Shown here: positions 35,701 to 50,700 of the stretch, one piece after another
Numbering within the stretch: the first letter of the stretch is position 1
Layout of the letters: each line of letters begins with the position of its first letter
Assembly: GCA_964016885.1 (NCBI GenBank)
Contig: OZ024742.1
Span: 370,698,001 to 370,762,000 of the forward strand
DNA from: Eledone cirrhosa
Taxonomy: Eukaryota
Length of the DNA: 64,000 nt
Reading direction: 5' to 3'
Program-made: the position numbers and the translations under genes
Notes under the pieces: model-generated
The model's input: the letters and a program-made list of their open reading frames with translations, nothing else
The model's database searches: none
What the model was told of the DNA's origin: nothing

Positions 35701-38700
35701 GTGGTAGGGATATTGACAGTGTATGGTGACCTTACAGGGTGGTAGGGGTATTGACAGTATCTGCTTACCTTACAGGGTGGTAGGGATATTGACAGTGTAT
35801 GGTGACCTTACAGGTTGGTAGGGGTATTGACAGTGTCTAGTGACCCTATAGGGTGGTAGGGGTATTGACAGTATCTGGTGACCTTACAGGGTGGTAGGGG
35901 TATTGACAGTGTTTGGTGACCCTACAGGGTCGTAGGGGTATTGACTGTGTCTGGTGACCTTACAGGGTGGTAAGTGTATTGACAGTGTCTGGTGACCCTA
36001 CAGGGTGGTAGGGGTATTGACTGTGTCTGGTGACCTTACAGGGTGGTAAGTGTATTGACAGTGTCTGGTGACCCTACAGGGTGGTAGGGGTATTGACAGT
36101 GTATGGTGACCTTACAGGGTGGTAGGGGCATTGACAGTGTCTGGTGATCTTACAGGGTGTTAGGGCTATTGACAGTGTCTGGTCACCTTACAGGGTGGTA
36201 GGGGTATTGACAGTGTCTGGTGACCATATAGGGTGGTAGGGGTATTGACAGTGTCTGGTGACCCTACAGGGTGGTAGGGGTATTGACAGTGTCTAATGAC
36301 CTTACAGGCTGGTAGGGGTATTGACAGTGTCTAGTGACCCTATAGGGTGGTAGGGGTATTGACAGTGTCTGGTGACCTTACAGGGTGGTAGGGGCATTGA
36401 CAGTGTCTGGTGACCTTACAGGGTGGTAGGGGCATTGACAGTGTCTGGTGACCTTACAGGGTGGTAGGGGCATTGACAGTGTCTGGTGACCTTACAGGGT
36501 GGTAGGGGCATTGACAGTGTCTGGTGACCTTACAGGCTGGTAGGGGTATTGACAGTGTCTGGTGAGCCTACAGGGTGGTAGTAGTATACACACTGTCTGG
36601 TGATCTTACAGTGTGGTAGGGGCATTGACAATGTCTGGTGACCTTACAGGGTGGTAGGGGTATTGACAGTGTATGGTGACATTACAGGGTGGTAGGGGTA
36701 TTGACAGTGTCTGGTGACATTACAGGGTGTTAGGGGTATTGACAGTGTATGGTGACCTTACAGGGTGGTAGGGTTATTTACAGTGTCTGGTGACATTACA
36801 GGGTGGTAGGGCTATTGACAGTGTATGGTGACCTTACAGGGTGGTAGGGGTATTGACAGTGTCTGGTCACCTTACAGGGTGGTAGGGGTATTGACAGTGT
36901 ATGGTGACCTTACAGGGTGGTAGGGGTATTGACAGTGTATGGTGACCTTACAGGGTGGTAGGGGTATTGACAGTGTCTGGTGACATTACAGGGTGGTAGG
37001 GGTATTGACAGTGTATGGTGACCTTACAGGGTGGTAGGGGTATTGACAGTGTCTGGTGACATTACAGGGTGGTAGGGGTATTGACAGTGTATGGTGACCT
37101 TACAGGGTGGTAGGGGTATTGACAGTGTCTGGTGACCTTACAGGGTGTTAGGATATTGACAGTGTCTGGTCACCTTACAGGATGGTAGGAGTATTGACAG
37201 TGTATGGTGACCTTACAGGGTGGTAGGGGTGTTGACAGTGTATGGTGACCTTACAGGGTGGTAGGTGTATTGACAGTGTCTGGTGACCTTACAGGGTGGT
37301 AGGGGTATTGACAGTGTCTGGTGTCCTTACGAGGTGGTAGGGGTATTGACAGTGTCTGGTGACCTTACAGGGTGGTAGGGGTATTGACAGTATCTGCTTA
37401 CCTTACAGGGTGGTAGGGATATTGACAGTGTATGGTGACCTTACAGGGTGGTAGGGGTATTGACAGTGTCTAGTGACCCTATAGGGTGGTAGGGGTATTG
37501 ACAGTATCTGGTGACCTTACAGGGTGGTAGGGGTATTGACAGTGTTTGGTGACCCTACAGGGTCGTAGGGGTATTGACTGTGTCTGGTGACCTTACAGGG
37601 TGGTAAGTGTATTGACAGTGTCTGGTGACCCTACAGGGTGGTAGGGGTATTGACAGTGTATGGTGACCTTACAGGGTGGTAGGGGCATTGACAGTGTCTG
37701 GTGATCTTACAGGGTGTTAGGGCTATTGACAGTGTCTGGTCACCTTACAGGGTGGTAGGGGTATTGACAGAGTCTGGTGACCATACAGGGTGGTAGGGGT
37801 ATTGACAGTGTCTGGTGACCCTACAGGGTGGTAGGGGTATTGACAGTGTCTAATGACCTTACAGGGTGGTAGGGGTATTGACAGTGTCTAGTGACCCTAT
37901 AGGGTGGTAGGGGTATTGACAGTGTCTGGTGACCTTACAGGGTGGTAGGGGCATTGACAGTGTCTGGTGACCTTACAGGGTGGTAGGGGCATTGACAGTG
38001 TCTGGTGACCTTACAGGGTGGTAGGGGCATTGACAGTGTCTGGTGACCTTACAGGCTGGTAGGGGTATTGACAGTGTCTGGTGAGCCTACAGGGTGGTAG
38101 GAGTATACACACTGTCTGGTGATCTTACAGTGTGGTAGGGGCATTGACAATGTCTGGTGACCTTACAGGGTGGTAGGGGTATTGACAGTGTCTGGTGACC
38201 TTACAGGGTGTTAGGGGTATTGACGGTGTCTGGTGACCTTACATAGTGGTAGGTGTATTGACAGTGTATGGTGACATTACAGCGCGGTAGGGGTATTGAC
38301 AGTGTCTGGTGACATTACAGGGTGGTAGGGGTATTGACAGTGTATGGTGACCTTACAGGGTGGTAGGTGTATTGACAGTGTCTGGTGACATTACAGGGTG
38401 GTAGGGGTATTGACAGTGTATGGTGACCTTACAGGGTGGTAGGGTTATTTACAGTATCTGGTGACATTACAGGGTGGTAGGGGTATTGACCGTGTATGGT
38501 GACCTTACAGGGTGTTAGGGGTATTGACAGTGTCTGGTGACTCTACAGGGTGGTAGGGGTATTGACAGTGTCTGGTGACCTTACAGAGTGTTAGGGGTAT
38601 TGACAGTGTCTGGTGACTCTACAGGGTGGTAGGGGTATTGACAGTGTCTGGTGACCTTACAGGGTGGTAGAGGTATTGACAGTGTCTGGTGACCTTACAG

Positions 38701-41700
38701 AGTGGTAAGGGTATTGACAGTGTCTGGTGACCTTACAGGGTGGTAGGGGCATTGACAGTGTCTGGTGACCTTACAGGGTGGTAGGGGCATTGACAGTGTA
38801 TGGTGACCCTACAGGGTGGTAGGGGCATTGACAGTGTCTGGTGAACTTACTGGATGCTAGGGGCATTGACAGTGTATGATGACCCTACAGGGTGGTAGGG
38901 GCATTGACAGTGTCTGGTGACCTTACAGGGTGGTAGGGGTATTGACAGTGTCTGGTGACCTTACAGGGTGGTAGGGGTATTGACAGTGTATGGTGACCTT
39001 ACAGGGTGGTAGGGGTATTGAAAGTGTCTGGTGACCTTACTGGGTGTTAGGGGTATTGACGGTGTCTGGTGACCTTACAGGGTGGTAGGGGTATTGACAG
39101 TGTATGGTGACATTACAGCGTGGTAGGGGTATTGACAGTGTCTGGTGACATTACATTGTGTTAGGGGTATTGACAGTGTATGGTGACCTTACAGGGTGGT
39201 AGGGTTATTTACAGTGTCTGGTGACATTACAGGGTGGTAGGGATATTGACAGCGTATGGTGATCTTACAGGGTGGTAGGGGTATTGACAGTGTCTGGTGA
39301 CCTTACAGGGTGTTAGGGGTATTGACAGTGTCTGGTCACCTTACAGGGTGGTAGGGGTATTGACAGTATCTGGTGAACTTACAGGGTGATAGGGGTATTG
39401 ACAGTGTCTAGTGACCCTATATGGTGGTAGGGGTATTGACAGTGTCTGGTGACCTTACAGGGTGGTAGGGGCATTGACAGTGTCTGGTGACCTTACGGGG
39501 TGTTAGGGGCATTGACAGTGTCTGGTGACCTTACAGGGTGGTAGGGGCATTGACAGTGTCTGGGGACCTTACAGGGTGGTAGGGGTATTGACAGTGTCTG
39601 GTGAACATACAGGGTGGTAGGGGCATTGAGAGTGTCTGGTGACATTACAGGGTGGTAGGGGTATTGACAGTGTATGGTGACCTTACAGGGTGGTAGGGGT
39701 ATCGACAGTGTATGGTGACCCTACAGGGTGGTAGAGGTATTGACAGTGTCTGGTGACCTTACAGTGTGGTAGGGGCATTGACAGTGTCTGGTGACATTAC
39801 AGGGTGGTAGGGGCATTGACAGTGTCTGGTGACCCTATAGGGTGGTAGGGGCATTGACAGTGTCTGGTTACCTTACCAGGGTGGTAGAGGCTTTGACAGT
39901 GTATGGTGATTTTACAGGGTGGTAGAGGTATTGACAGTGTCTGGTGACCTTACCGGGTGGTAGAGGCATTGACAGTTTATGGTGACCATACAGGGTGGTA
40001 AGGGCATTGACAGTGTCTGGTGAACTTACTGGGTGGTAGGGGTATTGACAGTGTATGGTGACATTACAGCGTGGTAGGGGTATTGACAGTGTCTGGTGAC
40101 CCTACAGGGAGGTAGGGGTATTGACAGTGTCTGGTGACCATATAGGGTGGTAGGGGCATTGACAGTGTTTGGTGACCCTACAGAGTGGTAGGGACATTGA
40201 CAGTGTCTGGTGACCTTACAGGGTGGTAGGGGTATTGACAGTGTCTGGTGACCCTATAGGGATGTAGGGGTATTGAGAATGTATGGTGACCTTATAGGGT
40301 GGTAGGAGTATTGACAGTGAATAGTCACCCTACAGGGTGATAGGGGTATTGACAGTGTCTAGTGACCCTATAGGGTGGTAGGGGTATTGACAGTGTCTGG
40401 TGACCTTACAGGGTGGTAGGGGCATTGACAGTGTCTGGTGACCTTACAGGGTGGTAGGGGCATTGAGAGTGTCTGGTGACCTTACAGGGTGGTAGGGGTA
40501 TTGACAGTGTCTGGTGACCACACAGGGTGGTAGGGGTATTGACAGTGTCTGGTGAACTTACAGGGTGGTAGGGGCATTGACAGTGTCTGGTGACCTTACA
40601 GGGTGGTAGCTGTATTGACAGTGTATGGTGAACTTACAGAGTGGTAGGGTTAATGACAGTGTATGGTGACCCTACAGGGTGGTAGGGGTATTGACAGTGT
40701 CTGGTGACCTTACAGGGTGGTAGGGGTATTGACAGTGTCTGGTGACCATACAGGATGGTAGGGGTATTGACAGTGTCTGGTGACCTTACAGGGTGGTAGG
40801 GGTATTTACAGTGTCTGGTGACCTTACAGGGTGGAAGGGGTATTTACAGTGTCTGGTGAGCCCACAGGGTGGTAGGAGTATACACACTGTCTGGTGACAT
40901 TACAGCGTGGTAGGGGTATTGACAATGTCTGGTGACCTTACAGATTGGTAGGGGCATTGAGAGTGTCTGGTGACCTGACAGGGTGGTAGGGGCATTGACA
41001 GTGTCTGGTGACCCTATAGGGTGGTAGGGACATTGACAGTGTCTGGTGACCCTACAGGGAGGTAGGGGTGTTGAAAGTGTCTGGTGACCATATAGGGTGG
41101 TAGGGGCATTGACAGTGTCTGGTGACCATACAGGGTGGAAGGGGTATTGACAGAGTCTGGTGAGCCTACAGGGTGGTAGGAGTATACACACTGTCTGGTG
41201 ACATTACAGCGTGGTAGGGGCATTGACAATGTCTGGTGAACTTACAGTGTGGTAGGGGCATTGACAGTGTCTGGTGACCTTACAGGGTGGTAGGGGCATT
41301 GACAGTGTCTGGTAACCCTATAGGGTGGTAGGGACATTGACAGTGTCTGGTGACCCTACAGGGAGGTAGGGGTGTTGACAGTGTCTGGTGACCTTACAGG
41401 GTGGTAGGGGTATTGACAGTGTCTGGTGACCCTATAGGGATGTAGGGTTATTGACAGTGTATGGTGACCCTATAAGGTGGTAGGGGTATTGACAGTGTAT
41501 GGTGACCCTACAGGGTGGTATGGGTATTGACAGTGTCTGTTGACCATATAGGGTGGTAGGGGCATTGACAGTGTTTGGTAACCATACAGAGTGGTAGGGA
41601 CATTGACAGTGTCTGGTGACCTTATAGGAGGTAGGGGTATTGACAGTGTCTGGTGACCCTACAGGGTGATAGGGGCATTGACAGTGTCTGGTGACCTTAC

Positions 41701-44700
41701 AGGGTGGTAGGGGTATTGACAGTGTATGGTGACCCTACAGGGTGGTAGAGGTATTGACAGTGTCTGGTGAGCCTACAGGGTGGTAGGGGCATTGACAGTG
41801 TCTGGTGAACTTACTGGGTGGTAGGGGTATTGACGGTGTCTGGTGACCTTACAGGGTGGTAGGGGTATTGACAGTGTATGGTGACATTACAGCGTAGTAG
41901 GGGTATTGACAGTGTCTGGTGACATTACAGGGTGGTAGGGGTATTGACAGTGTATGGTGACATTACAGGGTGGTAGGGGTATTGACAGTGTCTGGTGACA
42001 TTACAGGGTGGTAGGGGTATTGACAGTGTATGGTGACCTTACAGGGTGGTAGGGTTATTTACAGTGTCTGGTGACATTACAGGGTGGTAGGGGTATTGAC
42101 AGTGTATGGTGACCCTATAGGGTGGTAGGGGTATTGACAGTGTATGGTCACCCTACAGGGTGCTAGGGGTATTGACAGTGTCTGGTGACCATATAGGGTG
42201 GTAGGGGCATTGACAGTGTTTGGTGACCCTACAGAGTGGTAGGGACATTGACAGTGTCTGGTGACCTTACAGGGTGGTAGGGGTATTGACAGTGTCTGGT
42301 GAACCTATAGGGATGTAGGGGTATTGAGAGTGTATGGTGACCCTATAGGGTAGTAGGGGTATTGACAGTGAATGGTGACCGTACAGGGTGGTAGGGGTAT
42401 TGACAGTGTCTGGTGACCCTACAGGGTGGTAGGGGCATTGACAGTGTCTGGTGACCTTACAGGGTGGTAGGGGCATTGACAGTGTCTGGTGACCTTACAG
42501 GGTGGTAGGGGCATTGACAGTGTCTGGTGAACTTACTGGGTGGTAGGGGCATTGACAGTGTATGATGACCCTACAGGGTGGTAGGGGCATTGACAGAGTC
42601 TGGTGACCTTACAGGGTGGTAGGGGTATTGACAGTGTCTGGTGACCTTACAGGGTGGTAGGGGTATTGAAAGTGTCTGGTGACCTTACAGGGTGGTAGGG
42701 GTATTGACAGTGTATGGTGACATTACAGCATGGTAGGGGTATTGACAGTGTATGGTGACATTACAGGGTGGTAGGGCTATTGACAGTGTCTGGTGACATT
42801 ACAGGTTGGTAGGGGTATTGACAGTGTACGGTGACCTTACAGGGTGGTAGGGTTATTTACAGTGTCTGGTGACATTACAGGGTGGTAGGGGTATTGACAG
42901 TGTATGGTGACCTTACAGGGTGTTAGGGGTATTGACAGTGTCTGGTCACCTTACAGGGTGGTAGGGGTATTGACAGTGTCTGGTGACCTTACAGAGTGGT
43001 AGGGGTATTGACAGTGTCTGGCGACCTTACAGGGTGGTAGGGGTATTGACAGTGTCTGGTGACCTTACAGGGTGGTAGGGGTATTGACAGTGTCTAGTGA
43101 CCCTATAGGGTGGTAGGGGTATTGACTGTGTCTGGTGACCTTACAGGGTGGTAGGGGTATTGACAGTGTCTGGTGACCTTACAGGGTGGTAGGGGCATTG
43201 ACAGTGTATGGTGACCTTACAGGGAGGTAGGGGTATTGACAGTGTATGGTGACTCTACATGGTGGAAGGGGCATTGACAGAGTCTGGTGACCTTACAGGG
43301 TTGTAGGGGCATTGACAGTGTCTGGTGACCTTACAGGGTGGTAGGGGCATTGACAGTGTATGGTGACCTTACAGGGTGGTAGATTTATTGACAGTGTCTG
43401 GTGACCTTACAGGGTGGTAGGGGTATTGACAGTGTATGGTGACCCTACATGGTGGTAGGGGCATTGACAGTGTCTGGTGACCTTACAGGGTGGTAGGGGC
43501 ATTGACAGTGTCTGGTGAACTTACTGGGTGGTAGGGGCATTGACAGTGTCTGGTGACCTTACAGGGTGGTAGGGGTATTGAAAGTGTATGGTGACCCTAC
43601 ATGGTGGTAGGGGCATTGACAGAGTCTGGTGACCTTACAGGGTGGTAGGGGTATTGACAGTGTCTCGTGACCTTACAGGGTGTTAGGGGTATTGACAGTG
43701 TCTGGTCACCTTACAGGGTGGTAGGGGTATTGACAGTGTCTGGTGACCTTACAGAGTGGTAGGGGTATTGACAGTGTCTGGCGACCTTACAGGGTGGTAG
43801 GTGTATTGACAGTGTCTGGTGACCTTACAGGGTGGTAGGGGTATTGACAGTGTCTAGTGACCCTATAGGGTGGTAGGGGTATTGACTGTGTCTGGTGACC
43901 TTACAGGGTGGTAGGGGTATTGACAGTGTCTGGTGAACATACAGGGTGGTAGGGGCATTGAGAGTGTCTGGTGACCTTACAGGGAGGTAGGGGTATTGAC
44001 AGTGTATGGTGACCCTACATGGTGGTAGGGGCATTGACAGTGTCTGGTGACCATACAGGGTGGTAGGGGCATTGACAGTGTATGGTGACCTTACAGGGTG
44101 GTAGAGGTATTGACAGTGTCTGGTGAGCCTACAGGGTGGTAGGAGTATACACACTGTCTGGTGATCTTACAGGGTGGTAGGGGCATTGAAAATGTCTGGT
44201 GACCTTACAGGGTGGTAGGGGTATTGACAGTGTCTGGTGAACTTACAGGGTGGTAGGTGCATTGACAGTGTCTGGTGACTTTACAGGGTGGTAGGCTTAT
44301 TGACAGTGTCTGGTGACCTTACAGTGTGGTAGGGGCATTGACTGTGTATGGTGACCTTACAGGGTGGTAGGGGTATTGACAGTGTCTGGTGACCCCACAG
44401 GCTGGTAGGTGTATTGACAGTGTCTGGTGAACTTACAGGGTGGTAGGGGCATTGACAGTGTCTGGTGACCTTACAGGGTGGTAGGGGAATTGACAGTGTC
44501 TGATGACCCTACAGGGTGGTAGGTGTATTGACAGTGTATGGTTACCTTACCGAGTGGTAGGGTTATTGACAGTGTATGGTGAACCTACAGGTTGGTAGGG
44601 GTATTGACAGTGTCTGGTGACCCTACAGGGTGGTAGGAGTATACACAATGTCTGGTCACCTTACAGGGTGGTAGGGGCATTGACAGTGTCTGTTGACCTT

Positions 44701-47700
44701 ACAGGGTGGTAGGGGCATTGACAGTGTCTGGTGACCCTATAGGGTGGTAGGGACATTGACAGTGTCTGGTGACCCTACAGGGAGGTAGGGGTGTTGACAG
44801 TGTCTGGTGACCTTACAGGGTGGTAGGGGTATTGACAGTGTCTGGTGACCCTATAGGGTGGTAGGGGCATTGACAGTGTCTGGTTACCTTACCAGGGTGG
44901 TAGAGGCTTTGAACAGTGTATGGTGATTTTACAGGGTGGTAGATGTATTGACAGTGTCTGGTGACCTTACCGGGTGGTAGAGGCATTGACAGTTTATGGT
45001 GACCATACAGGGTGGTAGGGGCATTGACAGTGTCTGGTGAACTTACTGGGTGGTAGGGGTATTGACAGTGTATGGTGACATTACAGCGTGGTAGGGGTAT
45101 TGACAGTGTCTGGTGACCCTACAGGGAGGTAGGGGTATTGACAGTGTCTGGTGACCATATAGGGTGGTAGGGGCATTGACAGTGTTTGGTGAACCTACAG
45201 GGAGGTAGGGGTATTGACAGTGTCTGGTGACCATATAGGGTGGTAGGGACATTGACAGTGTCTGGTGACCTTACAGGGTGGTAGGGGTATTGACAGTGTC
45301 TGGTGACCCTATAGGGATGTAGGGGTATTGAGAATGTATGGTGACCTTATAGGGTGGTAGGGGTATTGACAGTGAATGGTCACCCTACAGGGTGATAGGG
45401 GTATTGACAGTGTCTAGTGACCCTATAGGGTGGTAGTGGTATTGACAGTGTCTGGTGACCTTTCAGGGTGGTAGGGGCATTGACAGTGTCTGGTGACCTT
45501 ACAGGGTGGTAGGGGCATTGACAGTGTCTGGTGAACTTACAGGGTGGTAGCGTCATTGACAGTGTCTGGGGACCTTACAGGGTGGTAGGGGTATTGACAG
45601 TGTCTGGTGAACATACAGGGTGGTAGGGGCATTGAGAATGTCTGGTGACCTTACAGGGTGGTAGGGGTATTGACAGTGTCTGGTGACCCCACAGGGTGGT
45701 AGGGGTATTGACAGTGTCTGGTGAACTTACAGGGTGGTAGGGGCATTGACAGTGTCTGGTGACCTTACAGGGTGGTAGGGGTATTGACAGTGTCTGATGA
45801 CCCTACAGGGTGGTAGCTGTATTGACAGTGTATGGTGACCTTACAGAGTGGTAGGGTTAATGACAGTGTATGGTGACCCTACAGGGTGGTAGGGGTATTG
45901 ATAGTGTCTGGTGACCCTACAGGGTGGTAGGGGTTTTGACAGTGTCTGGTGACCATACAGGATGGTAGGGTTATTGACAGTGTCTGGTGACCTTACAGGG
46001 TGGAAGGGGTATTGACAGTGTCTGGTGAGCCTACAGGGTGGTAGGAGTATACACACTGTCTGGTGACATTACAGCGTGGTAGGGGTATTGACAATGTCTG
46101 GTGACCTTACAGATTGGTAGGGGCATTGAGAGTGTCTGGTGACCTGACAGGGTGGTAGGGGCATTGACAGTGTCTGGTGACCCTATAGGGTGGTAGGGAC
46201 ATTGACAGTGTCTGGTGACCCTACAGGGAGGTAGGGGTGTTGAAAGTGTCTGGTGACCATATAGGGTGGTAGGGGCATTGACAGTGTCTGGTGACCCTAT
46301 AGGGTGGTAGGGACATTGACAGTGTCTGGTGACCCTACAGGGAGGTAGGGGCATTGACAATGTCTGGTGACCTTACAGTGTGGTAGGGGCATTGACAGTG
46401 TCTGTTGACCTTACAGGGTGGTAGGGGCATTGACAGTGTCTGGTGACCCTATAGAGTGGTAGGGACATTGACAGTGTCTGGTGACCCTACAGGGAGGTAG
46501 GGGTGTTGACAGTGTCTGGTGACCTTACAGGGTGGTAGGGGTATTGACAGTGTCTGGTGACCCTATAGGGTGGTAGGGGCATTGACAGTGTCTGGTTACC
46601 TTACCAGGGTGGTAGAGGCTTTGACAGTGTATGGTGATTTTACAGGGTGGTAGATGTATTGACAGTGTCTGGTGACCTTACCGGGTGGTAGAGGCATTGA
46701 CAGTTTATGGTGACCATACAGGGTGGTAGGGGCAATGACAGTGTCTGGTGAACTTACTGGGTGGTAGGGGTATTGACAGTGTATGGTGACATTACAGCGT
46801 GGTAGGGGTATTGACAGTGTCTGGTGACCCTACAGGGAGGTAGGGGTATTGACAGTGTCTGGTGACCATATAGGGTGGTAGGGGCATTGACAGTGTTTGG
46901 TGACCCTACAGGGAGGTAGGGGTATTGACAGTGTCTGGTGACCATATAGGGTGGTAGGGACATTGACAGTGTCTGGTGACCTTACAGGGTGGTAGGGGTA
47001 TTGACAGTGTCTGGTGACCCTATAGGGATGTAGGGGTATTGAGAATGTATGGTGACCTTATAGGGTGGTAGGGGTATTGACAGTGAATGGTCACCCTACA
47101 GGGTGATAGGGGTATTGACAGTGTCTAGTGACCCTATAGGGTGGTAGGGGTATTGACAGTGTCTGGTGACCTTACAGGGTGGTAGGGGCATTGACAGTGT
47201 CTGGTGACCTTACAGGGTGGTAGGGGCATTGACAGTGTCTGGTGACCTTACATGGTGGTAGGGGTATTGACAGTGTCTGGTGAACATACAGGGTGGTAGG
47301 GTTAATGACAGTGTATGGTGACCCTACAGGGTGGTAGGGGTATTGACAGTGTCTGGTGACCCTACAGGGTGGTAGGGGTTTTGACAGTGTCTGGTGACCA
47401 TACAGGATGGTAGGGGTATTGACAGTGTCTGGTGACCTTACAGGGTGGAAGGGGTATTGACAGTGTCTGGTGAGCCTAGAGGGTGGTAGGAGTATACACA
47501 CTGTCTGGTGACATTACAGCGTGGTAGGGGTATTGACAATGTCTGGTGACCTTACAGATTGGTAGGGGCATTGAGAGTGTCTGGTGACCTGACAGGGTGG
47601 TAGGGGCATTGACAGTGTCTGGTGACCCTACAGGGAGGTAGGGGTGTTGAAAGTGTCTGGTGACCATATAGGTTGGTAGGGGCATTGACAGTGTCTGGTG

Positions 47701-50700
47701 ACCATAGAGGATGGTAGGGGCATTGACAGTGTCTGGTGACCTTACAGGGTGGAAGGGGTATTGACAGAGTCTGGTGAGCCTACAGGGTGGTAGGAGTATA
47801 CACACTGTCTGGTGACATTACAGCGTGGTAGGGGCATTGACAATGTCTGGTGAACTTACAGTGTGGTAGGGGCATTGACAGTGTCTGGTGACCTTACAGG
47901 GTGGTAGGGGCATTGACAGTGTCTGGTGACCCTATAGGGTGGTAGGGACATTGACAGTGTCTGGTGACCCTACAGGGAGGTAGGGGTGTTGACAGTGTCT
48001 GGTGACCTTACAGGGTGGTAGGGGTATTGACAGTGTACGGTGACCCTATAGGGTGGTAGGGGTATTGACAGTGTATGGTGACCCTACAGGGTGGTATGGG
48101 TATTGACAGTGTCTGTTGACCATATAGGGTGGTAGGGGCATTGACAGTGTTTGGTGACCATACAGAGTGGTAGGGACATTGACAGTGTCTGGTGACCTTA
48201 CAGGGAGGTAGGGGTATTGACAGTGTCTGGTGACCCTACAGGGTGGTAGGGGCATTGACAGAGTCTGGTAAACTTACAGGGTGGTAGGGGCATTGACAGT
48301 GTCTGGTGACCTTACAGGGTGGTAGGGGCATTGACAGTGTATGGTTACCTTACAGGGTGGTAGAGGTATTGACAGTGTCTGGTGACCTTACAGGGTGGTA
48401 GGGGTATTGACAGTGTATGGTGACCCTACTTGGTGGTAGGGGCATTGACACTGTCTGGTGACCATACAGGGTGGTAGGGGCATTGACAGTGTCTGGTGAC
48501 CTTACAGGGTGGTAGAGGTATTGACAGTGTCTGGTGAGCCTACAGGGTGGTAGGGGCATTGACAGTGTCTGGTGAACTTACTGGGTGGTAGGGGCATTGT
48601 AAGTGTATGATGACCGTACAGGGTGGTAGGGGCATTGACAGAGTCTGGTGAGCTTACAGGGTGGTAGGGGTATTGACAGTGTCTGGTGACCTTACAGGGT
48701 GGTAGGGGTATTGACAGTGTATGGTGACCTTACAGGGTGTTAGGGGTATTGACGGTGTCTGGTGACCTTACAGGGTGGTAGGGGTATTGACAGTGTATGG
48801 TGACATTACAGCGTGGTAGGGGTATTGACAGTGTCTGGTGACATTACAGGGTAGTAGGGGTATTGACAGTGTATGGTGACATTACAGGGTGGTAGGGGTA
48901 TTGACAGTGTCTGGTGACATTACAGGGTGGTAGGGGTATTGAAAGTGTATGGTGACCTTACAGGGTGGTAGGGTTATTTACAGTGTCTGGTGACATTACA
49001 GGGTGGTAGGGGTATTGACAGTGTATGGTGACCCTATAGGGTGGTAGGGGTATTGACAGTGTATGGTCACGCTACAGGGTGGTAGGGGTATTGACAGTGT
49101 CTGGTGACCATATAGGGTGGTAGGGGCATTGACAGTGTTTGGTGACCCTACAGAGTGGTAGGGACATTGACAGTGTCTGGTGACCTTACAGGCTGGTAGG
49201 GGTATTGACAGTGTCTGGTGAATCTATAGGGATGTAGGGGTATTGAGAGTGTATGGTGACCCTATAGGGTAGTAGGGGTATTGACAGTGAATGGTGACCC
49301 TACAGGGTGGTAGGGGTATTGACAGTGTCTGGTGACCCTACAGGGTGGTAGGGGCATTGACAGTGTCTGGTGACCTTACAGGGTGGTAGGGGCATTGACA
49401 GTGTCTGGTGACCTTACAGGGTGGTAGGGGCATTGACAGTGTCTGGTGAACTTACTGGGTGGTAGGGGCATTGACAGTGTATGATGACCCTACAGGGTGG
49501 TAGGGGCATTGACAGAGTCTGGTGACCTTACAGGGTGGTAGGGGTATTGACAGTGTCTGGTGACCTTACAGGGTGGTAGGGGTATTGAAAGTGTCTGGTG
49601 ACCTTACAGGGTGTTAGGGGTATTGACGGTGTCTGGTGACCTTACAGGGTGGTAGGGGTATTGACAGTGTATGGTGACATTACAGCGTGGTAGGGGTATT
49701 GACAGTGTATGGTGACATTACAGGGTGGTAGGGCTATTGACAGTGTCTTGTGACATTACAGGGTGGTAGGGGTATTGACAGTGTACGGTGACCTTACAGG
49801 GTGGTAGGGTTATTTACAGTGTCTGGTGACATTACAGGGTGGTAGGGGTATTGACAGTGTATGGTGACCTTACAGGGTGTTAGGGGTATTGACAGTGTCT
49901 GGTCACCTTACAGGGTGGTAGGGGTATTGACAGTGTCTGGTGACCTTACAGAGTGGTAGGGGTATTGACAGTGTCTGGCGACCTTACAGGGTGGTAGGGG
50001 TATTGACAGTGTCTGGTGACCTTACAGGGTGGTAGGGGTATTGACAGTGTCTGGTGACCTTACAGGGTGGTAGGGGTATTGACAGTGTCTGGTGAACATA
50101 CAGGGTGGTAGGGGTATTGACAGTGTCTGGTGACCTTACAGGGTGGTAGGGGCATTGAGAGTGTCTGGTGACCTTACAGGGAGGTAGGGGTATTGACAGT
50201 GTATGGTGACTCTACATGGTGGTAGGGGCATTGACAGAGTCTGGTGACCTTACAGGGTGGTAGGGGCATTGATAGTGTCTGGTGACCTTACAGGGTGGTA
50301 GGGGCATTGACAGTGTATGGTGACCTTACAGGGTGGTAGATTTATTGACAGTGTCTGGTGACCTTACAGGGTGGTAGGGGTATTGACAGTGTATGGTGAC
50401 CCTACATGGTGGTAGTGGCATTGACAGTGTCTGGTGACCATACAGGGTGGTAGGGGCATTGACAGTGTATGGTGACCTTACAGGGTCGTAGAGGTATTGA
50501 CAATGTCTGGTGAGCCTACAGGGTGGTAGGGGTATTGACAGTGTCTGGTGACCTTACAGGGTCGTAGAGGTATTGACAATGTCTGGTGAGCCTACAGGGT
50601 GGTAGGGGTATTGACAGTGTCTCGTGACCTTACAGGGTGGTAGAGGTATTGACAATGTCTGGTGAGCCTACAGGGAGGTAGGGGCATTGACAGTGTCTGG